NCBI GenBank assembly: GCA_030697645.1
Contig: JAUYPI010000004.1
Location: forward strand, 1,141-65,140
Source: a bacterium
GTDB taxonomy: Bacteria > Patescibacteriota > Minisyncoccia > Phycocordibacterales > VMGT01
Direction of reading: 5' to 3'
Length of the DNA stretch: 64,000 bases
Shown here piece by piece: positions 1-8,847 of this stretch (the stretch's first letter is position 1; every line of letters starts with the position of its first letter). Below the pieces are notes generated by a model, which saw only the letters and a program-made list of their open reading frames with translations, was not told where the DNA came from and did not search any database. Both the position numbers and the translations under genes were made by a program.

Positions 1-30
1 AATGCGCCAAACGCGTAAGTCCTAAGAAAT

Positions 31-741
31 ATGGTCTTCGATCTTGAGTCACATCATGCCTATATTCTTGAAGGCGTGTTTGAAGCTCTACGCGAGCCGC
101 TGGTGCGGCGTCTTGAAGAGGCGTTTGGTTTGAGCGCGGCGGGGAACCCCGATTTTTTTATTCTCGAGCATGCAGTGTTCGGCATTGACGAGGCACGGGA
201 ACTTGCCGAGCGCGCGTCGCGTCGGCCGGTCGCGGGCGGGCGGCAGGTATTTGTGATCGGCGTCTCGGGGCTCACGCGCGAGGCGCAGAACGCGCTCCTC
301 AAACTTTTTGAAGAGCCTGGCGTTGGAACACATTTTTTCTTGGTTGTTCCGACGGCAGAGGTGCTCTTGCCGACGCTCCGCTCCCGCGCCGCCCTGTTTG
401 ACGCGCGCGAGATCGGCGCGGCAGCTTCCGATGCGTACGCCGATGAAATCCCGCCCGAGGCGTTCCTTGAGTCCTTGCCCGGGCGACGTCTCGAGATACT
501 GAAATCACTCATTACCGCAAAAGACGCACCCTGTGCCGCCCGATTTCTCGCGAGTATCGAGCGTGCGCTTCACGCGCGCTCCGGCGAGATGATCACCCAC
601 GAAAACGTCTTTTATTTTGAAACCCTTGCGCGCTGCCGTAGCTACCTCCGCGACCGCTCGCCGTCGGTGAAAATGATTCTCGAGTACATCGTAGCCGTGC
701 TGCCGCGTTATGAAACGCATGCTGTGGATAACTCGCTCTAG
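31..741 (+). CDS. holB: DNA polymerase III delta' subunit-like clamp loader protein (short CPR type)
   Basis: Motifs HHAYILEG, NPDF, GIDEAREL, AQNALLKLFEEP and LLPTLRSR are typical of delta'/gamma-tau. Confidence 0.75.
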   Translation: MVFDLESHHAYILEGVFEALREPLVRRLEEAFGLSAAGNPDFFILEHAVFGIDEARELAERASRRPVAGGRQVFVIGVSGLTREAQNALLKLFEEPGVGTHFFLVVPTAEVLLPTLRSRAALFDAREIGAAASDAYADEIPPEAFLESLPGRRLEILKSLITAKDAPCAARFLASIERALHARSGEMITHENVFYFETLARCRSYLRDRSPSVKMILEYIVAVLPRYETHAVDNSL

Positions 742-768
742 CAAGCGTACCTTCGTACGTTCTATACT
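723..768 (+). promoter_or_regulatory. DnaA box (TGTGGATAA) plus -10 TATACT of a leaderless promoter
   Basis: TGTGGATAA at 723-731; TATACT at 763-768, then 6 nt, then ATG 775. Confidence 0.55.
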
Positions 769-774
769 ATACAC

Positions 775-1059
775 ATGGAACAAGCAGCGTTGAAAAATTT
801 TTTGGTGCTTACTGGTATTGGGGTCGGCGCATTAGTCATTGGCACCGTCGGCGGCTATCTTCTGGGCGTCGGGCAGGGGAGGCAGGTGCTGCTTGCGGAG
901 CAAGCAGCAGAGCGTGAGAAGGCCGCAGCAGAGGCTGAAGCAGCGCTCGTCGAGGCGGCGAACCCCTTTGCGGCCGAGAACCAGGCTGCGGCAAATCCCT
1001 TTGAGGGAGCGTATCAGAATCCTTTTGAGGCCGGGACAGTGAATCCGTTTGCACAGTAG
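775..1059 (+). CDS. Small membrane-anchored protein with four C-terminal NPF repeats
   Basis: N-terminal TM helix, Ala/Glu-rich helix, then ANPF, ANPF, QNPF, VNPF. Confidence 0.75.
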   Translation: MEQAALKNFLVLTGIGVGALVIGTVGGYLLGVGQGRQVLLAEQAAEREKAAAEAEAALVEAANPFAAENQAAANPFEGAYQNPFEAGTVNPFAQ

Positions 1060-1064
1060 CAGTT

Positions 1065-1178
1065 ACGAAATCCGAACTGGACATTTGACCATTGACATTT
1101 GACTTCGAACGACTGTCGCAGTCGTCAAAGGTCAAATGTTACATGTCAAATGTCATGATTCTGATTTCGAGCTTCGTA
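1065..1178. repeat. 7-mer-periodic palindrome (CATTTGA/TCAAATG arms)
   Basis: acatttgaccattgacatttgac...gtcaaaggtcaaatgttacatgtcaaatgt; related copy at 26668-26822. Confidence 0.7.
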
Positions 1179-1202
1179 CTTGTGTTGCATCGGATATTGA
1201 AC

Positions 1203-3701
1203 ATGATGAACCACAGAACGCGTATTTTTTTGCGTGCGGGGTCACCCGTATTCCTCCTCTTTTTTGCGTTGTCCGTTGGCGCGCAGAATCCCTTTGACGC
1301 GCTGCAATTTCCGATCGCCGGGCTTGGCGACTGCGCCTCGGTTGAGGGATGCAAGCTCTATTGTGATGAGCCGGAGAACGCTCGCGCCTGCAGTGAGTGG
1401 GCGCGGGCGAATGGTTTTGGATCTGGCGGTCGTCGGGAGGACGGTGATCAAGAGCGCAGTGGCGAGGCAGGAGGGGATGAAGAACGTATCGAACACGCAC
1501 GAGAGACGCTCGAGCGGACGACTGGTCCCGGCGGCTGCAGCAGCCCCGAGGAGTGCGATGTGTATTGTTCAGAAGAGGCGCACCACGATGAGTGCCGTGC
1601 ATTTGCGCGCGAGCACGGTTTTGATACGCACGAGGAGGAACGGATCGGGCCTGGCGGCTGCCATTCCGAAGATGAGTGTCAGTCGTACTGTCGTAACCCT
1701 GAACACACGAGAGAGTGCGTTGCATTTGGCCTTAAAAACGGCAACTTGAGCCCGGAGGAGGCGGCGCGAATACTTTCACAGATTGAACGCGCGCATACGA
1801 TTGGTGCTGAAGCGCGAAATCGCGCTCGAGAGGCAGGCGAGCGCGTGCAAGGCGAAGTGGGCGAGCGTATCCGCGGCAAGATTGAGCGGTTTGATGAGAG
1901 ACGTGGGCGCGGCCCGCGCGGCCCTCGGATCGAGGTGCGCGAGCCGAAGATTGACGAGGAGAAGGCGCGGCAAATCCTCGAGACCGAAGGGGGACCCGGC
2001 GGCTGCAGCACGTTTGATGCGTGCGAGCAATTTTGTAATGCTCCCGAGAACGGCGAGACGTGCATGCAATTTGCGCTCGAGCATGATCTCATCGCGGGCG
2101 ACGAGGCCGCGCGGATGCGGCGGCTCATGGATTCAACAGGCCCCGGGGGATGTCGCGGAAGGGCATGCGAGCAGTATTGTGAAGCGCCAGGCCACGAGCT
2201 TGAGTGTATTGAGCACGCGGAGGGACTCGGTTTGATTGATCCCACGGAGGCAGAGCGCGTTCGTGGCTTCATGCGCCGCGGCGAAGAGCGCGGGCTCGGC
2301 TGCCGCGGCCGCGAGTGCGAGCGCTATTGCGAAGACCCGGCGCATCGCGACCAGTGCTTCGAGGCGTTTAAGGATCTCATCCCCGAGGAGGAGCGGGCGC
2401 ACATTGAAAAGTTCAAAGCAATTGAAGCACGCGTCGAGTCAGCGGGTGGACCCGGCGGGTGCAGAGCAGAGGAAGAATGCCATCAGTATTGCTCCGACTC
2501 CGCGCATTTTGACGAGTGTGCCGCGTTTGCCGTCGAGGCGGGGCTCTTCTCTCCCGAGGATGCGGAAAAGATGCTGAAGCAATTTATTAATGTCGAGAAT
2601 TTTCGAGGTGGTGGGCCGGAGGGTGTCACGGCCCCGCCGGGATTTGAGGGTTTCGGCGAGCTCGGCGAGCCACCGCCGTTTGAGCATTTTGAAGATTTTG
2701 AACTGCCGGAGGGCGTGCCCCCGGAAGCACGGGAGCAGTTCAAGGCGCAGTTTGAGCAGGGGTTTCAAGGTGAATACCGGCAGCGGTTTGAAGAAGAGTT
2801 CCGGGCGCGTGCCGGACGCTTTGGGGAGTTTCGGCAACAGTTTGGCGGGGAAGGCGGCGAGCACGGGCAGTTTCCCGGTGGATTCGGAGCACCGCAGGGT
2901 GGAATGCCTCCGGGTGGTTTCGGCGGGGGTTCTGGCGAGGGCGGTTTTCAAGGATTTCCGCAGCAGGGAGGTGAGACGAGCGTGCAACGGACAAGCGGCG
3001 GCATCTCGCACATCAGTCTGAAGACAAACGACTCCGGTCTCTTCACGCTTCGCATCGAGGACTCGGACGGTATCGCGAGCTTTGCGCTCGATCCCGCCGA
3101 GGGCTCACGCTACGGCGGGGATGTGCCGAACTGCCCGCGTCGGCATGAATCAACCACCGTGCGCCTCAGCGGCTCGTTCCCGTACACGCTTACTTACACC
3201 GACTGCGCGGGGAACACCACTGAACGCACGCTCTCGCAGAACGAAGCGTACGGCACTCCAACTGCGCCGCCCCAGGGATCGTTGCCGGGAGCGGGCACTG
3301 TACCAGTCCAGCCCCCGGGAGTTGGGGGAATTCCGCAAGGGTTTGACCCGCGTTCGGTCGGCCTCCCCGAAGGCTTCCAGTTCGACGGGAGCAACATCCC
3401 GCCGGAGTTCCTCACAGACGAACTCCGCGCGCAGATTGAAGAGATGCGACGCCGTGAGACCGAGAACCAATACCACGAGCAGTACCAACAACAATCTGAT
3501 CAACAGTATCAGCAGCAGTATAATCAGCAGTACCAACAACAATACGACCAGCAGCAACAAAATTTCACACCGCCGGAATATCAGTACCCCCCACCCGAGG
3601 GCACCGAGCAGCACATAGACTCCACAGCCCCAACCGGCTTTTTCCTCTCCCGCATGATCGCGAACGCCGCGCGGGCGTTCCTGGAGTTGTTGGGAAGGTA
3701 G
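1203..3701 (+). CDS. Large secreted Cys-rich repeat protein (GPGGC-x-EC-xx-YC-x-EC repeats) with Gln/Tyr-rich tail
   Basis: Signal peptide; about 8 repeats such as GPGGCSSPEECDVYCSEEAHHDEC; QYQQQY tail; start uncertain (1203 or 1206). Confidence 0.8.
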   Translation: MMNHRTRIFLRAGSPVFLLFFALSVGAQNPFDALQFPIAGLGDCASVEGCKLYCDEPENARACSEWARANGFGSGGRREDGDQERSGEAGGDEERIEHARETLERTTGPGGCSSPEECDVYCSEEAHHDECRAFAREHGFDTHEEERIGPGGCHSEDECQSYCRNPEHTRECVAFGLKNGNLSPEEAARILSQIERAHTIGAEARNRAREAGERVQGEVGERIRGKIERFDERRGRGPRGPRIEVREPKIDEEKARQILETEGGPGGCSTFDACEQFCNAPENGETCMQFALEHDLIAGDEAARMRRLMDSTGPGGCRGRACEQYCEAPGHELECIEHAEGLGLIDPTEAERVRGFMRRGEERGLGCRGRECERYCEDPAHRDQCFEAFKDLIPEEERAHIEKFKAIEARVESAGGPGGCRAEEECHQYCSDSAHFDECAAFAVEAGLFSPEDAEKMLKQFINVENFRGGGPEGVTAPPGFEGFGELGEPPPFEHFEDFELPEGVPPEAREQFKAQFEQGFQGEYRQRFEEEFRARAGRFGEFRQQFGGEGGEHGQFPGGFGAPQGGMPPGGFGGGSGEGGFQGFPQQGGETSVQRTSGGISHISLKTNDSGLFTLRIEDSDGIASFALDPAEGSRYGGDVPNCPRRHESTTVRLSGSFPYTLTYTDCAGNTTERTLSQNEAYGTPTAPPQGSLPGAGTVPVQPPGVGGIPQGFDPRSVGLPEGFQFDGSNIPPEFLTDELRAQIEEMRRRETENQYHEQYQQQSDQQYQQQYNQQYQQQYDQQQQNFTPPEYQYPPPEGTEQHIDSTAPTGFFLSRMIANAARAFLELLGR

Positions 3702-3724
3702 AGGGTAGAGAGTAGAAACATTGT

Positions 3725-3761
3725 CCCGCCGCAGAGACCAAGTCTCTGCGGCGGGGGTTTG
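3725..3761 (+). terminator. Probable intrinsic terminator hairpin
   Basis: cccgccgcagagac-caa-gtctctgcggcggg followed by ggtttt. Confidence 0.6.
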
Positions 3762-3777
3762 CGTTTGGCGCTATGCC

Positions 3778-3813
3778 GTCATAATAACAATGCGGCCGCA
3801 TTGTTATTATGAC
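3778..3813. repeat. Perfect 36-bp palindrome
   Basis: gtcataataacaatgcggccgcattgttattatgac; similar palindromes at 27953-28052. Confidence 0.8.
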
Positions 3814-3843
3814 GATGAGTTTTGCGGCGAGTGAGGGTGCTAA

Positions 3844-4023
3844 GGCCCCATCCATAAATAAGTTCCTCTAATTCGTGCTGAATAGCATGGCCTGATGCAG
3901 CTTGGCGCGGAATGAGCGAATCCAAGCCGTATCGAGATACGGTGAGGATTTCGCGATTGAGCACGAGCCGCATAAGGGCGTGCAGTGAGTGCGAGATGGG
4001 GAAATTATTTATGGATGGGGGCC
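3844..4023. mobile_element. 180-bp MITE-like element with TAA target duplication
   Basis: TIRs GGCCCCATCCATAAATAA / TTATTTATGGATGGGGGCC; TAA on both flanks; no ORF. Confidence 0.6.
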
Positions 4024-4126
4024 TAAGTTGGCAGTTGTTGCGGTTCGTAGTTGCCGTGGGAGTAGTGGCGATTTTCTTTTGCAGTTGTGTCTGCGTTTTT
4101 ATTTGGTATGATGGTGGCACTGGAGT

Positions 4127-4678
4127 ATGTCGTACGATTTCAAAGAACTTAAAGATAGTCTTCGCGAGGCGGAGGAGTGGCTGGTGCGCGAGTTTGGGGG
4201 GATACGCACGGGGCGGGCGGCGCCGGCGCTGCTTGACTCGGTGATTGTCGAGGCCTATGGTGCAAAAATGTCGCTTCGCGACCTTGCGAGCACGACCACC
4301 GAGGACGCACGGACGCTCTGCGTTGCGCCGTATGATGTTTCTACCGTGAGAGCGATCGAGCGTGCTATTAGAGCAGCAAACCTTGGCGTCTCGGTGATCG
4401 CGGACGAGCGCGGCGTGCGCGTTGCGTTTCCGGAGCTCACCGCGGAGCGCCGCACGCTCCTCATGAAACTCTCGCGCGGGAAGCTTGAGGAGGCGCGCAT
4501 TCGTTCTCGCAGTGCGCGCGACAGCGCCTGGAGCGACATACAGAAGCGGGAGCGAGACGGCGAGATGGGCGAGGACGATAAGTTCCGCGCGAAGGAGGAG
4601 ATGGAGAAGCTGGTGCAAGAGGGCAACCGCGCGCTGGAGGCGTGTTTCGGGAAGAAGGAGAGGGAAATCGGCACGTGA
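4127..4678 (+). CDS. frr: Ribosome recycling factor
   Basis: IRTGRAAPALLD, PELTAERR, 183 aa. Confidence 0.95.
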   Translation: MSYDFKELKDSLREAEEWLVREFGGIRTGRAAPALLDSVIVEAYGAKMSLRDLASTTTEDARTLCVAPYDVSTVRAIERAIRAANLGVSVIADERGVRVAFPELTAERRTLLMKLSRGKLEEARIRSRSARDSAWSDIQKRERDGEMGEDDKFRAKEEMEKLVQEGNRALEACFGKKEREIGT

Positions 4679-4735
4679 GACAAGAGCCACGTGTTAGAAC
4701 CCAAAGCGCAAAGTTGACTCGAAAATGTCACATGC

Positions 4736-4862
4736 AAAAATTTACAATTTTCAATTTTGCAATTTTCAAATAATTTTCAATGTGTCAATGACTCAATGAC
4801 GACGACGTCGTTCGTGTTTGAAAATTGCTTCATTGAAAAATTGATTGAAAATTGAAAATTTT
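4736..4862. repeat. 7-mer-periodic palindrome (AATTTTC/GAAAATT arms)
   Basis: caattttcaatttt...cgtgtttgaaaattg...gaaaattgaaaatt; related to 31261 and 32078. Confidence 0.8.
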
Positions 4863-4906
4863 GTTGGCATCTGGCATTCACTTGGAAGTTTTCTTTTTCA
4901 GTCTCC

Positions 4907-6025
4907 ATGAGTATTGTTATTTTTTTAGTTATTCTCGCCGTCCTGATCCTCGTCCACGAGTTCGGGCATTTTTTGCTTGCGAAGCAAGCGGGGATTCGTG
5001 TGGATGAGTTTGGCCTCGGCTTTCCGCCGCGTCTCTTTGGTCGAAGGAAGGGCGAGACCATGTACTCGATCAATGCGATTCCGTTTGGCGGTTTTGTGAA
5101 AATTTTTGGCGAGGACCCTTCTGAGGAGGCGCGGAACGGCCCGGATGCCGCGCGAAGTTTTATTAACCGCCCGAGGGCGACGCAGGCGGCGGTGCTCGGT
5201 GCCGGTGTCGTGTTCAATCTCCTTTTCGCGTGGCTTCTCCTCACGGCGGCATTTACTTCCGGAATGCCTGCATCAGTCGGGTTCGCTGAGGGATTGCCGG
5301 TCACGAACGAGCGCGTCATAATTACGAGCGTGCTCCCTGGCTCGAGCGCGGAGCGCGCGGGACTCGAGAGCGGCGACATCATTCGTGCGGTTGACGCCAA
5401 GGACGGCGTCGTTGGCGCGGTGAGCGTCGAGGCCATACAGCAGTTTATTGCCGCGCGTGGCGGGGAGCCACTTCTTCTTACCTACGAGCGCGACGGAGCA
5501 GTCGAGCAGGCGTCGGTGACACCGGCAGTTTTAGCGTTTGAGACGCTCGAGGCGAGTGGAGCTGCCGCTCGACCAGTTATCGGCATCACGATGGACATGA
5601 TCGGCGAGGTGGCGCTGCCGCTCCACCTCGCAGCAGTTGCGAGCGGCCGTCTTTCCTTTGAGCTTCCGGGGCGCATCGCGGTCGGCCTCGGCGAGCTTAT
5701 CGCCGGGGCAATTCGCGGCACCGCGGACTTCTCCGAAGTCGCCGGGCCGGTCGGGATCGTGGGGCTCGTTGGCGAGGCGGCTCAGTTTGGGTTCGTCTCG
5801 CTCCTCTCATTCACCGCTTTCATATCGCTCAATCTCGCGGTGATCAACCTTCTGCCGTTCCCGGCGCTCGACGGCGGGCGGCTGCTTTTTGTCGGGATCG
5901 AGGCGCTGAAGCGCAGCCCCATCAGCCCGCGGATCGCGAACACTGCGAACACCGTGGGCTTCGTCCTTCTTATCCTCCTCATGCTCGCGGTGACGTACAA
6001 CGACGTCGTGCGCTTGCTACACTGA
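4907..6025 (+). CDS. rseP: RIP metalloprotease RseP (M50 with PDZ domain)
   Basis: HEFGH, GFPPRLF, AIPFGGFV, NLLPFPALDGG. Confidence 0.93.
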   Translation: MSIVIFLVILAVLILVHEFGHFLLAKQAGIRVDEFGLGFPPRLFGRRKGETMYSINAIPFGGFVKIFGEDPSEEARNGPDAARSFINRPRATQAAVLGAGVVFNLLFAWLLLTAAFTSGMPASVGFAEGLPVTNERVIITSVLPGSSAERAGLESGDIIRAVDAKDGVVGAVSVEAIQQFIAARGGEPLLLTYERDGAVEQASVTPAVLAFETLEASGAAARPVIGITMDMIGEVALPLHLAAVASGRLSFELPGRIAVGLGELIAGAIRGTADFSEVAGPVGIVGLVGEAAQFGFVSLLSFTAFISLNLAVINLLPFPALDGGRLLFVGIEALKRSPISPRIANTANTVGFVLLILLMLAVTYNDVVRLLH

Positions 6026-6085
6026 CGCAAACGTGCTATTTTTGAGCGCGGTTTGAACATCCACATATACTTAAGGGGTACGGGA

Positions 6086-6922
6086 ATGGGACTCACCGTT
6101 CTTTCGCTCAATGTTTGGAACGGCAGACGACACGATGAGCTTCTGGAGTATCTCTCTCGGCAGAGCGCCGAAGTGGACATCTTTTGTTTGCAGGAGATGT
6201 CTAGTACCGATACGGTCATTGCCGCAGACCGGACCGATCAAAGTGTGAATCTCTTGCAAGATTTTCGGGCTGCACTTGCAAACTTTGAAGGTTATTTTGC
6301 ACCAGTCTGTCAGCTCCTCGGCGTCGCCGCCGACGGGATCCACGTCGAGTTTGCATTTCAGGTTGGTCTTGCGATGTTTATCCGGCGCACGCTCCCACTA
6401 CTCTCGCCACCCGAGAATGTATTTGTATTTGGCGAGTATAACAAGCCGGTGCGGATGGAGAACAAATACCGGACACAGCTTCGGCCGCACCCGTTTATAC
6501 TCGCTCCGCCACGTACCCTGCAATATGTGGCGGTCGAGTACGGCGGCGAGCCGTATCTCGTGTATAACTTTCACGGTCTGTGGAACGGGGGGCCGAAAGT
6601 CGACACGGACGAGCGGCTCAAGCAGAGTCAGCGCATACGCGAACTACTCGAGCACCACCGGTCCTATAAAAAAATTTTCGTCGGCGATTTTAATCTCAAT
6701 CTGGAGACCGTGAGCCTTGAGATGATCGAGGAGGCGGGAGGGTTCCGCAATCTCGTGTTCGAGTATGGCATTGGGACGACGAGGAGTGTATTGTACCTGG
6801 AGCGCGATCGAAGTCCCTTTGCGGATTATGCGCTTGTAAGCGAAGACGTGCGTGTCACGTCGTTTGAAGTGCCGAAGGTTGCCGTATCCGACCACCTTCC
6901 GCTCATCGTTCATATCGAGTGA
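6086..6922 (+). CDS. Endonuclease/exonuclease/phosphatase family protein
   Basis: SLNV, DIFCLQE, GDFN, DY and SDHLPL motifs. Confidence 0.9.
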   Translation: MGLTVLSLNVWNGRRHDELLEYLSRQSAEVDIFCLQEMSSTDTVIAADRTDQSVNLLQDFRAALANFEGYFAPVCQLLGVAADGIHVEFAFQVGLAMFIRRTLPLLSPPENVFVFGEYNKPVRMENKYRTQLRPHPFILAPPRTLQYVAVEYGGEPYLVYNFHGLWNGGPKVDTDERLKQSQRIRELLEHHRSYKKIFVGDFNLNLETVSLEMIEEAGGFRNLVFEYGIGTTRSVLYLERDRSPFADYALVSEDVRVTSFEVPKVAVSDHLPLIVHIE

Positions 6923-7009
6923 ACGACGGTAGCCTGACCTTGAGTACCCCGCCATTGCTATGGCGGGGTACAAGTTTTTTCGCGCACGTGGACATGGTAT
7001 AGTTGCTGT

Positions 7010-7186
7010 ATGAGTGAGTCACCCGAAGGGACGGCAGCGCAGCGTGTCGAATCGCCACGCGAGCAACTGGAACGTGAAGCGGCGCGAACTCTCGGAGAAG
7101 AATATCGCGCGCTCATCGCGCGCGCGGACGAGCGCGTGCGCGCGGAGCCAGTGTTTCGGCGTGTCGAGGCGCGAGAGCCGGTATAA
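7010..7186 (+). CDS. Small hypothetical protein (58 aa, not in the ORF track)
   Basis: MSESPEGTAAQRVESPREQLEREAARTLGEEYRALIARADERVRAEPVFRRVEAREPV; TG-x-TATAGT lies 6 nt before the ATG. Confidence 0.5.
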   Translation: MSESPEGTAAQRVESPREQLEREAARTLGEEYRALIARADERVRAEPVFRRVEAREPV

Positions 7187-7236
7187 TTCCTCGTCCCACT
7201 CTCCACTTTCTACCCTCCACTCTCTATCGTACCAAT

Positions 7237-7413
7237 AGACCTCTTGCATAACCCGCTCCTGCTACAATTTCTGATTTTTGGCTGCGACTTCGTCGAGTTT
7301 CGCAAAATGATTCTCGTCGTACAACAAGTACGCCGTCGAATCATTTTGCTCACTCTCCTCGTCTCGCTCAAAAATTAGAAATCTCGCGACGAAGCGGGTT
7401 ATGCAAGAAGTCT
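7237..7413 (+). mobile_element. 177-bp fold-back MITE, copy 1
   Basis: TIR AGACCTCTTGCATAACCCGC...GCGGGTTATGCAAGAAGTCT; AAT on both flanks. Confidence 0.85.
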
Positions 7414-7414
7414 A

Positions 7415-7723
7415 ATGAAATCCTACCCGATCAAAAACGAACTCGACTTTCTTATCGCGCGCGCAGAGAGCGAGCGTTCGGAGATGCAGACGCTGCTCGA
7501 TACTTCTCGCCGCGATGGCGATTATTGGAGAGAGAAGGCTACAGCGAAGCTCGCGACGTTTCTCGGCCTTGAGGTGCAATTTCTCTCGCGCCTTGCCGAG
7601 CTCGAGAGCGATTATCCCGAACTGGCCGCCGCCATCGAGGAGCGTAAGCGCTACCTCGCGGCTCTCGTAAGCGAGGCGCGGGCGATGTACGCCGCCTGGC
7701 AGGGTGCCGCGGAACAGACATGA
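7415..7723 (+). CDS. Hypothetical helical protein
   Basis: 102-aa ORF overlapping the next start (ATGA). Confidence 0.65.
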   Translation: MKSYPIKNELDFLIARAESERSEMQTLLDTSRRDGDYWREKATAKLATFLGLEVQFLSRLAELESDYPELAAAIEERKRYLAALVSEARAMYAAWQGAAEQT

Positions 7724-8790
7724 GTGAGATCACCGATACCACACATACCAAAACAGAGATCGCCGCGCATCTCGGTATTCTCCGCTCCCTCGAGACGCCG
7801 AGCGGGCTGTTTTTCGCCTCGGCAAAAGGGGTCTCGACTGGCTACGACAAGGCGTGGCTTCGCGACAACTTTTACACCTCGCTTGCGTTTGAGGCAGCCG
7901 AGGAATGGGAGACCGTCGCGCGATGCTCTCGCGCGGTGCTCGATATTTTCCTCAAACACGAAGAGAAGATCAGCTGGGCGGCTCGTGAGCGGCCGCACGC
8001 AAGCTACCAGTACATCCATGCGCGCTACCACCCCGAGACATTCGAGGAATTTTGGGATGAATGGGGGAATAAGCAAAATGACGCGGTTGGAGCCGTGCTT
8101 TTTAAGCTCGGCGACCTCAAGCGGCAGGGAAGAGGTGTCGTCGCGACTGCAGATGACCGGCGCATCGTACAGAAGCTCGTAGACTACCTTGTATCGATCG
8201 AGTATTGGCACGATCCGGACAACGGTATGTGGGAGGAGCAGGAGGAGGTGCATGCGTCCTCAATCGGCGCTTGCGTCGCGGGACTCCGCAAAGTGCGCGA
8301 GGCGTTTCCGTTCATCACGGTGCCACAGGGTACGATCGAGCGCGGCGGGGAGGCGCTGCGCGCGCTTCTTCCGCGCGAATCCGCGAGTAAGTTTTGCGAT
8401 CTTGCGCTACTCTCGCTTTTCTACCCGTATAATCTCCTTGAAGGCGCTGTGGCGGACGAAATCCTCAACAACCTCGAGTACCACCTTTCGCGCGAGCGCG
8501 GCGTGGTTCGTTACAAGACCGACCGCTACTATAATAAGAATGCCGATGGATGGAGCGAGGAGGCGGAGTGGACGATGGGTTTTCCGTGGCTTGCGATTGT
8601 ACACGCGCGTCGCGGCGCGCGAGAGCGCGCCGCCGAGTATCTCGACCGTGCGCGAGCCGTCCTCACGACGAACGGCATGCTCCCGGAGCTCTACCACTCA
8701 AACGCAACGACACCAAATGAAAACATTCCCCTTGCATGGGCAGAGAGCCTTTTCGTGGCCGCGCTCATCGAATGTGCACGCCTGCGATAA
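7720..8790 (+). CDS. Glycoside hydrolase family 15 / phosphorylase-kinase-like (alpha/alpha)6 protein
   Basis: YDKAWLRD, KQNDAVG, DNGMWEE, LPELY, PLAWAES. Confidence 0.85.
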   Translation: MSEITDTTHTKTEIAAHLGILRSLETPSGLFFASAKGVSTGYDKAWLRDNFYTSLAFEAAEEWETVARCSRAVLDIFLKHEEKISWAARERPHASYQYIHARYHPETFEEFWDEWGNKQNDAVGAVLFKLGDLKRQGRGVVATADDRRIVQKLVDYLVSIEYWHDPDNGMWEEQEEVHASSIGACVAGLRKVREAFPFITVPQGTIERGGEALRALLPRESASKFCDLALLSLFYPYNLLEGAVADEILNNLEYHLSRERGVVRYKTDRYYNKNADGWSEEAEWTMGFPWLAIVHARRGARERAAEYLDRARAVLTTNGMLPELYHSNATTPNENIPLAWAESLFVAALIECARLR

Positions 8791-8847
8791 AATCGGATTT
8801 TTAGGTAACTCACGGGCGCTTAGAATCCGGTTCGCCCGCTTTAGATC

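Noticed and set aside
1203-2560. Multiheme cytochrome
   Set aside because: No CxxCH motifs; the Cys spacing differs.
3470-3560. CAG/TAT tandem repeats as a CRISPR array
   Set aside because: In-frame QYQQQ coding repeats; no constant repeat with unique spacers and no cas genes.
4676-6025. Alternative genetic code (TGA read as Gly or Trp)
   Set aside because: frr and rseP end at TGA at their expected lengths, consistent with code 11.
7237-7413. 177-bp hairpins as integron attC sites
   Set aside because: No RYYYAAC/GTTRRRY boxes and no integrase; copies occur in both orientations among core genes and have target duplications.
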